Source: Paraspadella gotoi | Taxonomy: Eukaryota; Animalia; Chaetognatha | Assembly: GCA_051294375.1 (NCBI GenBank) | Contig: CM119265.1 | Location: 8,130,924 to 8,194,771, forward strand | DNA: 63,848 nt | Direction: 5' to 3' | Shown: positions 60,217 through 63,848 of the stretch, piece by piece | Numbering within the stretch: position 1 is the first letter of the stretch | Layout: the number at the start of each line of letters is the position of its first letter | Notes under the pieces: model-generated | What the model was told of the DNA's origin: nothing | The model's input: the letters and a program-made list of their open reading frames with translations, nothing else | Database searches by the model: none | Translations under genes and position numbers: made by a program

Positions 60217-61159
60217 NNNNNNNNNNNNNNNNNNNNNNNNNNNNNNNNNNNNNNNNNNNNNNNNNNNNNNNNNNNNNNNNNNNNNNNNNNNNNNNNNNNN
60301 NNNNNNNNNNNNNNNNNNNNNNNNNNNNNNNNNNNNNNNNNNNNNNNNNNNNNNNNNNNNNNNNNNNNNNNNNNNNNNNNNNNNNNNTTTTTACATTAAT
60401 TATAATTGCGGTTCGTCCATCCCTCCGATCCGCTCCTACTCTTCCTCCTGCTCTTCTTCCTCTTTCTCTCTCTCTCCCCCTTTTCCTCCCTCCTCATCCT
60501 CTCCCTCTCTATCGTTTTCTAAATTGAATATTTTGCATTCGATTCGCCCTCGTGATGTTTTGCGGTATTTTTAACCGTTTGCGCCAAAAAAAAAAAANNN
60601 NNNNNNNNNNNNNNNNNNNNNNNNNNNNNNNNNNNNNNNNNNNNNNNNNNNNNNNNNNNNNNNNNNNNNNNNNNNNNNNNNNNNNNNNNNNNNNNNNNNN
60701 NNNNNNNNNNNNNNNNNNNNNNNNNNNNNNNNNNNNNNNNNNNNNNNNNNNNNNNNNNNNNNNNNNNNNNNNNNNNNNNNNNNNNNNNNNNNNNNNNNNN
60801 NNNNNNNNNNNNNNNNNNNNNNNNNNNNNNNNNNNNNNNNNNNNNNNNNNNNNNNNNNNNNNNNNNNNNNNNNNNNNNNNNNNNNNNNNNNNNNNNNNNN
60901 NNNNNNNNNNNNNNNNNNNNNNNNNNNNNNNNNNNNNNNNNNNNNNNNNNNNNNNNNNNNNNNNNNNNNNNNNNNNNNNNNNNNNNNNNNNNNNNNNNNN
61001 NNNNNNNNNNNNNNNNNNNNTCCAAAAGGAAAAGAAAATCTCCGTTTTTCAATTTTTTCCGCGGAAAAAGTTGAGGAAGAGGAAAAAGCGTGAGAGAAGA
61101 GGAAGAAGAAGAAGAAGAAGAAGAAGAAGAAGAANNNNNNNNNNNNNNNNNNNNNNNNN

Positions 61160-63848
61160 CTGAGACCAAGAGATTCTCTAAGGGATCTCCCGTTGACACC
61201 CCAGTGGCGCCACCACCACCGTGTCACACAATAATATTTGTTTTAATCCCCATATTTAAACCCCGCACTTTAAAAAACAGCCCCAAGGCCTTCCCCATAT
61301 TTTTCTTTAGATACAAAGACCAATTTTTTCTTCTTTGTTGACACAGTGTGGCGCCCACCTGACCAATGGGACGAGTTCCTCTAAGGATCGTGACACCAGT
61401 ATGGCGCCCACACCGCTGTCACAAAAATAATATTTTTTTTGTTTCTTAATCCCCATTATTAACCCCCGCACTTTAAAGCCCACCAGCCTTCCCATATTTT
61501 CTTTAATACAAAGACAATTTTTCTTCTTTGTTGACACAGTGTGGCGGCCCCACTGACCAAGAGGATCTCTAAGGATCGTGAACACCCAGATGTGGCCCCA
61601 CACCGTGTCCACCAAATAATATTTTTTTGTTTCTTAATCCCCATATTTAAAACCCCCGCACTTAAAAGCCCCAGCCTTCCCCATATTTTTCTTTGAGATA
61701 CCAAAACAATTTTCTTCTTTTGTATTAGACACAGTGTTGTGGCGCCCACTGACAAGAGATTTCTCTAAGGATCTGTGACAACCCAGTTTGGCGCCCACAC
61801 CGCTGTCACAAATAATATTTTTGTTTTTCTTAATCCATATTTACCCCCGCACTTAAAAGCCCCAGGCCTTCCCCATATTTTTTCTTTTAGATACAAAAAG
61901 ACAATTTTTCTTCTTTGTGCAACAGTGTGGCTGCCCCACTGACCAAGAGATTCTCTAAGGGATCTGTGACACCAAGTGGCGCCCACACCGTGTCACACAT
62001 AATATTTTTTTTGTTCTTAATCCCCATATCTGTTAAACCCCCGCACTTAAAAGCCCCAGCCTTCCCCATATTTTTCTTTAGAACAAAGACAATTTTTCTC
62101 TTTCTTTGTGACACAGTGTGGCCCGGCCCCACTGGACCAAGGAGATTCTCTAAGGGATCTGTGATCACCCAGTGGCGCCCACACACGTTGTCCACCAAAT
62201 AATATTTTTTTTGTTTCTTAATCCCCATATTTAACCCCCGCGCACTTAAAAGCCCCAGCCTTTCCCCACTATTTTTCTTTAGATACAAAGACAACTTTTT
62301 TTCTTCTTGTGACACCAGTTGGCGCCCCCCACTTGATCCAAGAGATTCTCTAAGGGGATCTTGTGACACCCAGTGGCGCCCACACCGTTGTTCACAAATT
62401 AATATTTTTTTGTTTCTTAATCCCCATATTTAACCCCCGCACTTAAAGCCCCAGGCCTTCCCATATTTTTCTTTAGATACCAAAGACAATTTTTCTTCTT
62501 TGTGGACACAGATGTGGCCGGCCCCACTGACCAAAGAGAGATCTCTAAGGGATCTGTGACACCCAGTTGGCGCCCACACCGTTGGTTCACAAATAATATT
62601 TTTTTTTGGTTTCTTAATCCCCATATTTAACCCCCCGCCACTTAAAAGCCCCACACCAGCCTTCCCCATAATTTTCCTTTAGATACAAAGACAATTTTCT
62701 TCTTTGTGACACAGTGTGGCGCCCACTGACCAAGAGATTCTCTAAGCGGATCTTGCTGACCACCCAGTGGCGCCCACACCGTGTCACAAATAATATTTTC
62801 TTTGTTTCTTAATCCCCATATTTAACCCCCGCCTTAAAAGCCCAAGCCTATCCCCATATTTTTCTTTAGATACAAGACAATTTTCTTTCTTTGTGACACC
62901 AGTGTGGGCGCCCACTGACCAAGAGATTCTCTAAGGGATCTGCCTGACACCCAGTATGGCGCCACACAGTTGCCACCAGAGAAAACGTGTCACCAATAAT
63001 ATTTTTTTGTTTCTTAATCCCCATATTTAAACCCCCGCACTTAACAATCCCCAGCCCTATCCCCATATTTTTCTTTTTAGATACCAAAAGACAACTTTTT
63101 CTTTTCTTGTGACACAGTGTGTGCCGCCCACTGAACCAAGAGATTTCTCTCTAAGGGATCTGTGACCACCCAGTGGCCGCCCACACCGTGTCACAAATAA
63201 GTATTTTTTTGTTTCTTAATCCCCATATTTTAACCCCCGCACTTTAAAACCTCCCTCAGCCTTATTCTTCCCCATATTTATTCTTTTAGATGTACAGCTA
63301 AAGACAAATTTTTCTTCTTTTTGCTTGACACGTCAAGTGTTGGCGCCCACTGACCTTAAGAGACATCTTCTAAGGGATCTGTGCACAACCCCAGGGCGCC
63401 CTCCCCGCCCACACCGTGTCACCCAAATAATTATTATTTTTGTTTCACTTAATCCCCATATTTAACCCCCGCACCTTAAAAGCCCCAGCCTTTCTTCCCC
63501 ATATTTTTCTTTAGATACAAAGACAATTTTTCTTCTTTGTGACCACAGTTGTGCCCGCCCACTACCAAAGAGATTCTTCTAAGGGTATCTGTGACCACCC
63601 ATAGTGGCCCCCCGCACCAACACCGTGTCAACACCCCCCCCAAATAAGTATTTTTGTTCTCTCCTCTCACAACTCTTCAATCTCCATATCATCTTTCCAA
63701 CCGCTCGGCGCTACTTAAATCAGCTCAAGGCAACTTTTCAAAATTATGTATTTCGTGTACGATACCGCCCCAACAAAAATCTCTATGTGTCAAATGTGAC
63801 AACTCTATTATTCATATCTTGTGTTGGACACAGTTGTGGCCGCCGGCA
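61160..63848. repeat. Tandem satellite, ~183-bp consensus monomer (observed period ~190-215 bp), ~13-14 units, running off the window end
   Basis: Units start near 61160, 61359, 61553, 61749, 61939, 62132, 62332, 62527, 62726, 62915, 63131, 63350 and 63561 (CTGACCAAGAGATTCTCTAAGGGATCTGTGACACCCAGTGGCGCCCACACCGTGTCACAAATAAT...). Scattered insertions resemble long-read error. Confidence 0.95.

Noticed and set aside
61440-63670. ORFs in the terminal satellite
   Set aside because: They are translations of a non-coding repeat, with frames shifting between units.
61160-63848. Palindromic repeats as a CRISPR or integron-like array; CACAGTG as a RAG/Transib heptamer
   Set aside because: Intervening sequence is the same in every unit. 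No nonamer at 12/23 spacing and no TSD or transposase was seen.

Overview
Eukaryotic, probably animal, largely non-coding draft-assembly sequence. It is very rich in (GA/CT)n, (GAC/GTC)n, (AAAG)n and (AAAT)n microsatellites and has many N gaps, seven of them exactly 25 N. I recognise no protein-coding gene, rRNA, tRNA or CRISPR array, and nearly all listed ORFs are translations of simple repeats or N runs. The best-supported element is a 2,347-bp non-autonomous hAT-type DNA transposon at 6571-8917, with apparently identical copies at 14383-16729 and 23071-25417. It has CAG(A/G)GATGC termini, GAGGCG subterminal motifs and an 8-bp TSD (GTGTCGCG). The empty pre-insertion site is also present at 4298-4305, so the insertion looks polymorphic. 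About half of the window is re-iterated blocks: four versions of a unit spanning ~3-30.5 kb, plus 2.3-kb, 2.7-kb and 0.4-kb duplications. These most likely reflect long-read gap filling or haplotype redundancy. The window ends in a ~185-200-bp tandem satellite whose monomers each carry a ~26-bp inverted repeat. There are also several minisatellites, promoter-like motif clusters (RFX/YY1/ETS/GC box; a CRE array) and a few low-confidence exon candidates. I cannot support a claim of a new multi-gene system.
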